IMG/VR virus record: IMGVR_UViG_3300046463_000548
Location: 32,001 to 96,000 of that record
From: a virus
Reading direction: 5' to 3' (one strand)
Length of the DNA stretch: 64,000 bases
Below the pieces are notes generated by a model that was not told the origin of the DNA, did not search any database, and was given only the letters and a program-made list of their open reading frames with translations. Both the position numbers and the translations under genes were made by a program. This document shows positions 1 to 8,079 of the stretch, piece by piece. Position 1 is the stretch's first letter, and each line of letters begins with the position of its first letter.

Positions 1-758
1 CCTGCGGGCGGGTCTTGCAAACGCAGAATCCGGATCGTGTCGAACACGGCACCGCCACCGGCCGAAATCGTTTGACCGCCTTGACCCGTCACCACCGAAG
101 CCTTGAAGTAACCGCCTGCGGGATTCGACTGAATGCTGATCGACTGCGGCACAACAAAGTTGCCCGTGTTCTGCGTGTTCGTATCCGGGTTGAATTTCGC
201 ATTGAACAGGGTGGTCCACGAGAAATCGAAGAACGCGCAGTTCGGGTCAAACGCGGCCATGTCGATGCTGGTTGCCCAGCGCAGCGCTTGAGGTGTCGTC
301 ACTTGCGGATTCCCTGGAGAAGCGGCCGATGGGTTAACGAAGTCTGCGAGGCTGAACTTCAAAGAGTCCAGATACACGCCACGGCCGAAGAAGTTGATCA
401 TCTTCGTCGGGGTCAGCGCCCAACGTGAGTAGAAGCCGAGAGTGTTCGGGACGCTCGAATACACGAGTTCGGTGTAGCCGAGCCACGGAGTCAGACCGTC
501 TTCCACCTCAGGCCACTGCGCTGCCATGAATTGTTCAACGCGTTGCTCATCGTTGACGTTGGTCAGATTCTTCGGGGCCAGCGTCACTGTCGTGATCGGC
601 ACAGAGCCGTCAGCCAGGACGAACGATTTCTCGGTGCCAGCGAAGGTCGTGCTCGCGATAGGGAAGAAGCCGACCACGTTTCCGGAGGTCGTAAGAACCG
701 GAAGCACGGTCTGTGTTGAGGGTGCTGCCAGCGGCAGACCATACTGATTTTGTGACAT
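1..758 (-). CDS. Putative virion structural protein (partial, runs off the left edge)
   Basis: ATG at 758 after AAGGAA; open frame MSQNQYGLPLAAPSTQTVLPV... to the window edge; T/S/G/N-rich like the other virion proteins here. Confidence 0.6.
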   Translation of the reverse strand, partial: MSQNQYGLPLAAPSTQTVLPVLTTSGNVVGFFPIASTTFAGTEKSFVLADGSVPITTVTLAPKNLTNVNDEQRVEQFMAAQWPEVEDGLTPWLGYTELVYSSVPNTLGFYSRWALTPTKMINFFGRGVYLDSLKFSLADFVNPSAASPGNPQVTTPQALRWATSIDMAAFDPNCAFFDFSWTTLFNAKFNPDTNTQNTGNFVVPQSISIQSNPAGGYFKASVVTGQGGQTISAGGGAVFDTIRILRLQDPPA

Positions 759-769
759 TTGGTGTTCCT

Positions 770-1153
770 TTATTGAGCGACGTTCTGTACCTTCACAAAA
801 CTGAGATTCGTACCCTGGCAAGTCACGCCGCACACACAGGTACCGCCTGACGGGTCGGTCTGAGTGATCAGTTCTTCATTCGGGAATAGCTCGGTACCCA
901 CGGGCTCTCGCCAACACACTCGAAGTTCTTGCTGCTGCGTGTTGGACAGATCGAGAGGGCCGTCTGTGATCGGCGCATAGGCGAAAGGCGTGAATGCTGA
1001 CGTGACGGGTGCACCTACGAGCGTCACAGTTGGCGCTGCCTGCACGGGCAGGAACGCGCCATCTGAGAGAACGAGGTCGGTCGTATCAACATCGATCACC
1101 TGTTGCGGTTGGCCGTTGACAGGTACCAGATACAAGCGAATGAAAGAGGGCAT
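770..1153 (-). CDS. Hypothetical protein, probably virion-associated
   Basis: 127-aa ORF with GGAG RBS, directly upstream of the 758 gene. Confidence 0.6.
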   Translation of the reverse strand: MPSFIRLYLVPVNGQPQQVIDVDTTDLVLSDGAFLPVQAAPTVTLVGAPVTSAFTPFAYAPITDGPLDLSNTQQQELRVCWREPVGTELFPNEELITQTDPSGGTCVCGVTCQGTNLSFVKVQNVAQ

Positions 1154-1195
1154 GGTTGCTAAGACTCCAGGGAAATGAGGGAATGCCCTATCAAA

Positions 1196-1960
1196 TTACT
1201 GCTTGTTTTTGGCTTCCTTTATGCGAGCCACGGCCATTGGGTAATATTTGTCGTCCTTCTCGATGCCGATGAAATTTCGGCCCGTGTTCGCACAAGCGAC
1301 ACCGGTCGTACCCGAACCCATGCAGTTATCTAATACCGTGTCACCCTCTTGGGTATAGGTGTTGATTAGATACTCCATCAACTGAACCGGCTTCTGCGTG
1401 GGATGCATGTGCCCTTTGCCGGACGGATTTGAAATCTTCACGACTGAGCGAGGAACCCGCTTACCATCGCTCTTTCCGAGATAGCCTTTCATGCCACCGC
1501 TTGTGACCCGCTTACCGCCCGTAGCGAAACCTCTGTCCCATGGCTCACCCGCCTCGAATTGCGGGTGATACCGCATAGGGTCTTTCGAACCCTGCGCAGC
1601 AGGAGCCTTACTGAATACGCATATGTCTTCGTGCACTTTCAAGGGTTGATACTTGGTGTGAACGAAATTACTGCCCTTGGTCTTCTCCCACACCCAGCAG
1701 TACTTGAATAACTTAATATTGCTGGCTATGAGCGTGGTCGTGAACGGCTGAGAGGCGGTCAGCACGATTGCAGCGTTGCGTTTTGTTATACGCAGATAGT
1801 GCTCCCAGAGAGGGGCGAATGCGATTATCGAGTCCCATTTGCAGGCAGTGGTTCCGTACGGTAGGTCACACAAAATAAGATCAACAGATTGGTCTTCTAT
1901 CTTGTACATTTTGTCCAGACAGTCGCCATGCATAACCCATGTCCAAGGTACTTTACTCAT
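1196..1960 (-). CDS. Orphan N6-adenine/N4-cytosine DNA methyltransferase (beta class)
   Basis: Catalytic DLPY near the N-terminus, HPTQKP, SAM-binding DNCMGSGTT near the C-terminus; no restriction endonuclease adjacent. Confidence 0.92.
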   Translation of the reverse strand: MSKVPWTWVMHGDCLDKMYKIEDQSVDLILCDLPYGTTACKWDSIIAFAPLWEHYLRITKRNAAIVLTASQPFTTTLIASNIKLFKYCWVWEKTKGSNFVHTKYQPLKVHEDICVFSKAPAAQGSKDPMRYHPQFEAGEPWDRGFATGGKRVTSGGMKGYLGKSDGKRVPRSVVKISNPSGKGHMHPTQKPVQLMEYLINTYTQEGDTVLDNCMGSGTTGVACANTGRNFIGIEKDDKYYPMAVARIKEAKNKQ

Positions 1961-2673
1961 TGATTCTGACTCGCTGACTTGATCACGTACATGATCTCGA
2001 ACTGCTCAACGCCGAATTCCTTGCACACCTGTTCCACTGGTTTGCTGTTGGTTGCCTTGATCGCTTCGCGCAGATTCAGCGCTTTGTCTGAGTCCATCAT
2101 CGAGAGCAGATCGTTGAACTTCAGGCTCGATTTGAGGATCGTTTTGACCTTGGCGAGGGGCACCATCCCCGCGAGATACTGGATGCACAGCTTCTGCACT
2201 TCCTTGCGCTTCGGGTACGGCGTGATGCGGTAAATCGAACCTTGGATCAGGTTGAGGAAGGCAGGCTTCGAGGCAATCAGTACGTAGTCAGATAGTGAAG
2301 GCTCGTTGACCGTCAGCGACCAGCTTGCCTCCGCGTCCAACGCGTGAACCAGCGCATCTTTTATCGAGTCCTCAAGAGACTTCGTGCGGCGCTCAGGCCA
2401 CAGCATCTGACTGACGTTGGACTGTCCGAGAGCGGTGCGCGCATCGCACACAAAGTAGATGAGGGGTGACCGCTTCGTCTTGATCTTCGGAATCGTTTTC
2501 AGCTTGTCGATCACGACAGGCCACGCTGGCTGCGCCGCAGATAAGCCGTCAATCGTCACGGCCATCGTGCGGATAAATCCCCCGACTACGGAATGGCTCA
2601 ACTGGAAGCGTTTCAGAATTTCTGACGCTTCGATAGGTGAGCAATCCACCAGGCCATAGGCGTTTAAAATCAT
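1957..2673 (-). CDS. Hypothetical protein in the replication/recombination cluster
   Basis: 238-aa ORF with 4-nt overlaps to both neighbours. Confidence 0.7.
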   Translation of the reverse strand: MILNAYGLVDCSPIEASEILKRFQLSHSVVGGFIRTMAVTIDGLSAAQPAWPVVIDKLKTIPKIKTKRSPLIYFVCDARTALGQSNVSQMLWPERRTKSLEDSIKDALVHALDAEASWSLTVNEPSLSDYVLIASKPAFLNLIQGSIYRITPYPKRKEVQKLCIQYLAGMVPLAKVKTILKSSLKFNDLLSMMDSDKALNLREAIKATNSKPVEQVCKEFGVEQFEIMYVIKSASQNQ

Positions 2674-4925
2674 TTGATTACCTTCTGTTGGTTCGGGAAG
2701 CCCTCAACGATTTGTGAGACACCTTTGTTTTTTACGACTGTGTAGACGTGTGCCCCTTCGATGATTTCCATCTTGGGGCTGAGGATGACGATTGACGGGA
2801 TCAGCGTGTTCATGATGCGCACGAGCTTCACGAACACCTGCGTCATCTCATCCGACAGACGCGCGGTCGGCTCGTCCAGGATCAGGACCGAGCTACGCTT
2901 CTTCGAGGGAACGAACGCGAGCAAAGCACACACCAGAATCAGCGTGAACAGCGTGGACTCAGCGCCCGACAAACGACGCACGTCGATGGGCTCCTTCGAT
3001 TCCGGCCGGTGGCACAGAATCTTGATGTCGGATTCCCACTTGAACTCGAACGTGAACTGTTCCGGTAGGATCATCGCCGCGTACTTATTCACGAGTGCCA
3101 TCAGCCGCTGACTGATCGCTTCAATGATCATCTTCTTGATGTTCTTGTCCTGGAACCCTTGGACCAGCAACTTCAGCGGCTCTTCGTCCTTCAGTTCCTC
3201 GCGCATCTCACGGAGCCGTGTGCGCATATCTGCCAGACGTTCCGACAGTGTTTCCTGCACTTCGAGCTTCGCCTGAAATCGTGCACACTTGTCTTGAAGC
3301 TCGTTCATCTGCAAAGCCAGATCGTGAGATTCGGCTGCTTCCTTGATCTGCTCCTTCGTCAGCTTCTGGAAGTCGATCACTGAATCCAGATGCGGTTCCA
3401 TGTATCGGAGCAGAGAACGGCGCTCGTTCAACTCTTCGATCATCTTTTTCAGGACGACCGTCTGAAGCTTCTTGCCCACGAACGGTTCGGGGCGCTCCGG
3501 GAGCTTGCACAGTTCCTCGTGCGCGTCTTCCCACTTGCTCAAACGATCTTCCTCAGCGCGCTCCTTTTCAAGCTCCGCCTTAAGCGTGAGAATGTCTGCC
3601 TTGTCCTTCCGGCGCTGATTGAGCGCTTCTTTGTATTCGCGGTACGCTTCGTGGTCCAGAAGCTTCTGCTTGATCGTCTTAATCTTCTTTTGGACCAAGG
3701 CGGGGTCTTTGATTTTGACCGGCTGTCCGCATGTTTCGCACTTGCCGTCTTCGAACTGTTCGGCGTGTTCTAGATGGTGTTTGTACACGCGCAGCAGCGT
3801 TTGCAGATCGCCTTCATCTTCTTCGGGTTTCTCCACGCGCGGTGGGAGTTCGACCCTAAGTCGGTCGCGCACCACGCGGTACGCATGGTCGGCGGCCTGC
3901 ACATTGACCGACTGATGCATCCGTAGCTCAGCCTGCGGGCCAGTCTTCTTGAACACGTCATCGCCGTATTTGTTCAGGAGCTTCGCGGCAAACGGCGAGA
4001 GCTTTTCGAGCATCCGCATGTACCGCTCGTTGTCGCGCTTGTACTGTTCCCAGCGCTCCGCGTCTTCGAGTTCGGCTCTACACTTTTTTAGCTCCCACGC
4101 GTTGTCCGATTGCAGGCGCTCGAATTCCTTGTGCGTGATTTCGCCTTCGGCCGTGGCATCCGCCAGAATCTGTATAGACTCCTTGGCGCTGTCGGCAAAT
4201 TGCATGAGTCGCAGAGTATCCTGCACGCCCGTGAACCGGTCCTGAAGCGTTTTAAGCTGCTTCCTGAGCCTTTTCACACGAGCTTCTAACTTCTCTCTTT
4301 CTTCTGTCGGTAGGATGTCTGCGCGTAGCTTGTCGGCTTGGGCCCGGAGTTCATCGTAGGCAGCGCGTACGCGTTTGAGGTTCGAGAGTTCGGCTGAATA
4401 CAGTTTCCGCTCAGCGTCGATCTTCGTTATGTTGAAAAATTCGGTGAAGAAACGCAAACGTTCCGCAGACTTGCCCATGACAAGCGGATGCGGAACGCGA
4501 GAATCGATTGCTACGTACGTGTCGTACTCTTCATCGGTCAGGGGCCACGCCTTTTCGATGTACGACTTGGCGATGGTTGGGGTCCGGAATTCCTTGTCAA
4601 CCCCGTCCTCCACGATCTTGATTTTTTCGCCGCGCCCCTTGGCTTGACGCTCAACCAAGATACGCTTGCCTGCGTAATTCGTGAATTCGAGAGACCGCGT
4701 ACCATGACGCACGCGGTCGGACTTCTCTCCAACGGACGGCGAGTCGTACACAATCTCGCGAGGCGCTCCGCCCAAGAACGACTTACCCACACCATTCGAG
4801 TTTTTCGAGTTTCGACCTCCAGCCCGGTTCAGGCCGTAGATCATCGAAATGCCGGGTTTGATGTCGAACTTCAAATCCTTAAACGGCCCCGTATTTTGAA
4901 GCCCAATACTGTGTAGATAATTCAT
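2670..4925 (-). CDS. SbcC/Rad50 (T4 gp46)-like SMC-family ATPase
   Basis: Walker A NGVGKS, long coiled coil with zinc hook CETCG, signature LSGAE, Walker B LILDEP. Confidence 0.92.
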   Translation of the reverse strand: MNYLHSIGLQNTGPFKDLKFDIKPGISMIYGLNRAGGRNSKNSNGVGKSFLGGAPREIVYDSPSVGEKSDRVRHGTRSLEFTNYAGKRILVERQAKGRGEKIKIVEDGVDKEFRTPTIAKSYIEKAWPLTDEEYDTYVAIDSRVPHPLVMGKSAERLRFFTEFFNITKIDAERKLYSAELSNLKRVRAAYDELRAQADKLRADILPTEEREKLEARVKRLRKQLKTLQDRFTGVQDTLRLMQFADSAKESIQILADATAEGEITHKEFERLQSDNAWELKKCRAELEDAERWEQYKRDNERYMRMLEKLSPFAAKLLNKYGDDVFKKTGPQAELRMHQSVNVQAADHAYRVVRDRLRVELPPRVEKPEEDEGDLQTLLRVYKHHLEHAEQFEDGKCETCGQPVKIKDPALVQKKIKTIKQKLLDHEAYREYKEALNQRRKDKADILTLKAELEKERAEEDRLSKWEDAHEELCKLPERPEPFVGKKLQTVVLKKMIEELNERRSLLRYMEPHLDSVIDFQKLTKEQIKEAAESHDLALQMNELQDKCARFQAKLEVQETLSERLADMRTRLREMREELKDEEPLKLLVQGFQDKNIKKMIIEAISQRLMALVNKYAAMILPEQFTFEFKWESDIKILCHRPESKEPIDVRRLSGAESTLFTLILVCALLAFVPSKKRSSVLILDEPTARLSDEMTQVFVKLVRIMNTLIPSIVILSPKMEIIEGAHVYTVVKNKGVSQIVEGFPNQQKVIK

Positions 4926-4964
4926 TCGCTGGTTCAGGAGAGAAGTGTTGTTTACACCATTTAT

Positions 4965-5276
4965 TTACTGCGGTATGGGCAAAATGTGCGGTCGGTAGGC
5001 TTCGAGCCCTGACGCCTCCCTCCCCGATATCAAGCAATCGGACAGCGACATGATCACGTGGCCCTTTGGCATGCTGTACCACGTGTCATCGAGTATGTAT
5101 TCCACCTCGAACAGCAGCCACGGACCGGTCAGGATCATGAATTCATTCAGTTCGCGCAGCAGTAAATAATCGGAGACGCGGAAATCTCGATCATTTACCC
5201 TGAACTCGAATTTCTTCCGGCCATCTACCAGCGCGGGGAAGTGCATTGCTGCAACCTTTAGATCATGGATTCGCAT
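4965..5276 (-). CDS. DUF3850/ASCH (PUA-like) domain protein
   Basis: HDLK...F...DGRKKFEFRVNDRDFRVSDYLLLRE pattern. Confidence 0.8.
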   Translation of the reverse strand: MRIHDLKVAAMHFPALVDGRKKFEFRVNDRDFRVSDYLLLRELNEFMILTGPWLLFEVEYILDDTWYSMPKGHVIMSLSDCLISGREASGLEAYRPHILPIPQ

Positions 5277-5466
5277 CGCGTACCTCCGTGATGATCGATG
5301 GGCTTAGCAACACCGTGGCAACGCTCGCGGGAAGCCATTCATCACTAATGCAGTAATCACCCCGGCCAGTTATCCACGCACGCCACTCCTTTTGAAGTAA
5401 CCACGGATTCTCTTTCGCGAATTCGCTACTTGGGTCTATACGAATGAATACATATTTAACCGTCAT
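5263..5466 (-). CDS. Hypothetical protein
   Basis: ATG at 5466 overlaps the upstream stop; MTVKYVFIRID... Confidence 0.55.
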   Translation of the reverse strand: MTVKYVFIRIDPSSEFAKENPWLLQKEWRAWITGRGDYCISDEWLPASVATVLLSPSIITEVRDANP

Positions 5467-5603
5467 TTTCGCTCCCGTTTCTGCTGACAGTGCGATACGC
5501 ACGCCATGATCATGAGAAGGGCGATGAGACCAACAATCGCCCAGTTCCTCAGAAATATCGAAACGCCGATTACGGCCAGCCCGCCAGCTAGCGCAGCCTT
5601 CAT
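5463..5603 (-). CDS. Small membrane protein (46 aa, not in the ORF track)
   Basis: MKAALAGGLAVIGVSIFLRNWAIVGLIALLMIMACVSHCQQKRERK; ATGA overlaps with both neighbours. Confidence 0.6.
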   Translation of the reverse strand: MKAALAGGLAVIGVSIFLRNWAIVGLIALLMIMACVSHCQQKRERK

Positions 5604-6739
5604 TTGCTCATCTCCTTGATGAGCGTGTACGCCTCAGCCGACAGCAGATCGGTTGCCGGAACTTGAAAGCTCATGGCTTCGGCCGCAATCTTGGTGATGC
5701 GTGAGTTGACCAGCGCGAGCGTTGACAGAGTCGGCTGGAACTCCTTGACCGCAGCGCTCAGTTTCTTGTTCGACTCGTTCCACCACACCTTGCGATGTTT
5801 CTCACCCTTCAGGACCTTGACGTTCAACAGGAGCTGAGCGCCCCACGTCACTTTCTTCATGAACTGGAAGGGATCGGACACGTCCATCAACGCGCGGTGA
5901 GCGGGTCCGAATTGCCCTGCGTACAGCGCGATGAGGAAATCGACGGCCAGCTTGTCGTCACTTGATTCCAACGACGACAGAACGTCACCGAGCGCTTCGA
6001 TAGACAGAAGGGCGGGCTTCTTGCCTTCCACGCCGTCGTAGTACTGCTGCAGGCCCTGGATCATGTTCGCGAGCGTACGCATAGAACTTTCCGACGCACG
6101 AGCTACCTGACGGAGAAGATCGCGATCTTCGTCCAACAGATACGTCAGCTTCTCGCCCTTTGCGACGCGGATCGCATACTTCAGCATGTCGTCTTCTGAC
6201 GGTGCCTGAAGGTGAAAGACCGTGCAGCGTGAGAGCAGGGCGCGGCCATGATTCGATGAGTTGAATTTCTCAGGCTCCGACGAGCCGAAAATCCACGTCG
6301 TGTGCGAACTGGGCTCTTCGACCGGCTTCAGCAGACCCTGAGCAGCCGTTGCGTTCGACATGAACTGCTGCGCTTCGTCCACGAGAATGAAACGGCGCTT
6401 GGAACCCATCGGCTTGAATTTCGACACACGCTCCAGATCGCGTACGTCCTCGATTGAGCGCTGAGTTGCAGCGTTCAGTTCCTTGTAGTCCTGCTGCTCT
6501 GCAACCGGCTTTTCATTCACAGCAGCCGCCAGACAGCGGGCGAGTGTTGTCTTGCCCGCTGAGAACGGACCGAAGATCGCAATAGCGTTCGGAATCTTGC
6601 CGGTGTTGACCATGCCGCGCATCCGCGTAACGGCTGCTTCCTGACCGATCACCCGATCTAGTGTCTGCGGCCGGTACTTGCGGTGAAGCGCGTTTTCTTC
6701 AGGGTCGGGAACTGCTGCTGCAGGTTTCTTGGTTGCCAT
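5600..6739 (-). CDS. Clamp-loader AAA+ ATPase, DNA polymerase III gamma/tau (DnaX)-like
   Basis: KYRPQTLDRVIGQE, Walker A GPFSAGKTT, Walker B ILVDEAQ, SRC motif. Confidence 0.9.
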   Translation of the reverse strand: MATKKPAAAVPDPEENALHRKYRPQTLDRVIGQEAAVTRMRGMVNTGKIPNAIAIFGPFSAGKTTLARCLAAAVNEKPVAEQQDYKELNAATQRSIEDVRDLERVSKFKPMGSKRRFILVDEAQQFMSNATAAQGLLKPVEEPSSHTTWIFGSSEPEKFNSSNHGRALLSRCTVFHLQAPSEDDMLKYAIRVAKGEKLTYLLDEDRDLLRQVARASESSMRTLANMIQGLQQYYDGVEGKKPALLSIEALGDVLSSLESSDDKLAVDFLIALYAGQFGPAHRALMDVSDPFQFMKKVTWGAQLLLNVKVLKGEKHRKVWWNESNKKLSAAVKEFQPTLSTLALVNSRITKIAAEAMSFQVPATDLLSAEAYTLIKEMSK

Positions 6740-6742
6740 GTT

Positions 6743-6991
6743 TTATTCGTCTGAGTCGTTCGTCGGTTCGTAGCGTTTGATTTCGCGGTCGATTGCATCC
6801 TCCACCGCGTTCCCGATGCGCTTCGGAATCACCCTTCTGTACATATCCATATCGGCACCGGGCGGCACGCTGTACGTCTCAGTAATGCCCATGCTCACCG
6901 GTTCGAATTTCGGTACCTGCACCGTTTTGTGGATCGTTATCGTTATCGAATCCGGTGTCGGGATCGGCGTAGATTTGGTGGAAGTCACCAT
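6743..6991 (-). CDS. Hypothetical protein (start uncertain, 6991 or 7075)
   Basis: Protein-like C-terminal part (ITITIHKTVQVPKFEPV...) ending just upstream of the clamp-loader gene. Confidence 0.55.
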   Translation of the reverse strand: MVTSTKSTPIPTPDSITITIHKTVQVPKFEPVSMGITETYSVPPGADMDMYRRVIPKRIGNAVEDAIDREIKRYEPTNDSDE

Positions 6992-7118
6992 AGAGTTCTG
7001 CCCATTCTGTGGACGGTCTAAACATCGTCCGTTGCTTACGTTTGCGCTGGCGTTCGTAGTCTGCCTGGAAGTCATCCAGTAGCTGTTTGCGCAGCGCTAC
7101 CCATTCACTTAGCTGCAT
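6879..7118 (-). CDS. Hypothetical protein
   Basis: 79-aa ORF overlapping the end of the Cas4-like gene and the start of the next ORF. Confidence 0.5.
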   Translation of the reverse strand: MQLSEWVALRKQLLDDFQADYERQRKRKQRTMFRPSTEWAELYGDFHQIYADPDTGFDNDNDPQNGAGTEIRTGEHGHY

Positions 7119-8007
7119 CCTTCAACTCTCTATTTACGAAAGCCCTCAGAGGCAGGTGATCGGACTGCTTGCCCAACCGGTACGCCTGCTTGAGTTGGTT
7201 GTACAGAACCTCGTCGTCCTTCTTGCAGACCGAGCACATGTCATTCGTGCACTTGTCGTATTCGAGCAGTGCCTTCACGTCGCTCCATGTCTCCGCATCC
7301 AGTGCGTCGTTGTGCGCGCGTCGATACCGTTTGATCCGGCGCAATACCTCTTCCCGTTTCGTATCGGTCAGAAGCCGTGCATACACGGGCGGTTCAACGC
7401 TGGGGTTGTCACGGAGAATGAACGCGTCCATGAATCCTTCGATCTTCTTTCCATACTGAATTTCGAAGAGGACTGCATAGACCTCGATCTGTTCGATATA
7501 GGCGGCACCCGGATTAGTCTTTTTGTTGGGCGCGGCCTTCACTGATGTCGTTTTGAAATCGAGAATCCACAACTTCCCTTTCTCATCTACGTACACCGCG
7601 TCGATGTGTCCCTTCATCCCCTTCGTGTCGATCCGCACCTCGTGATACTTCGTCGGAAATCCGCAGCACTCGTGCTTCAGTGACAGGCGGTGCCACTTCC
7701 CGCATTCGAGGCAGTGGTAGTCAGCGAGAAACCGGCCGCTCGCCGCGAGATACGACTGCATAACGTCGTGCACCACTGTTCCAACGCGCGTGTAGAAAGC
7801 GGTGCGCATCGACTGCGGTCGGTTCAAGCCGTATGAGGCGTGAGTAATGAAAAATTCGCGAGGACAAAAGGGGAGTTGTGAGGCGCGCAGCGAGAGGATT
7901 CGCATCGGTTCAACGCGCTCCATCATCACCGTGTTTTCAAGCGCGTTCGAATAAACGCGAAAGAAATCTTTGGCTATAGAAACAGATGTTAGGGGCCTCA
8001 CGCGCAT
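7105..8007 (-). CDS. Cas4-like PD-(D/E)XK exonuclease
   Basis: SQLPFCPR, GTVVH, GHIDAV, DFKT, QIEVYA and C-terminal CTNDMCSVC (1+3 Cys Fe-S pattern); extra CLEC...HECC insert. Confidence 0.85.
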   Translation of the reverse strand: MRVRPLTSVSIAKDFFRVYSNALENTVMMERVEPMRILSLRASQLPFCPREFFITHASYGLNRPQSMRTAFYTRVGTVVHDVMQSYLAASGRFLADYHCLECGKWHRLSLKHECCGFPTKYHEVRIDTKGMKGHIDAVYVDEKGKLWILDFKTTSVKAAPNKKTNPGAAYIEQIEVYAVLFEIQYGKKIEGFMDAFILRDNPSVEPPVYARLLTDTKREEVLRRIKRYRRAHNDALDAETWSDVKALLEYDKCTNDMCSVCKKDDEVLYNQLKQAYRLGKQSDHLPLRAFVNRELKDAAK

Positions 8008-8079
8008 ATAAAACCTTCAATTTTAGTGAACCAGTAATCAAATTCCCCTGTTTCTATACTTTATTTACTAGAGGCTTCT

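Noticed and set aside
1196-1960. Restriction-modification system
   Set aside because: No adjacent restriction endonuclease; treated as an orphan methyltransferase
1957-2673. Clamp-loader delta-like subunit
   Set aside because: Position and size are suggestive, but no motif could be identified by eye; a profile or structure search would be needed
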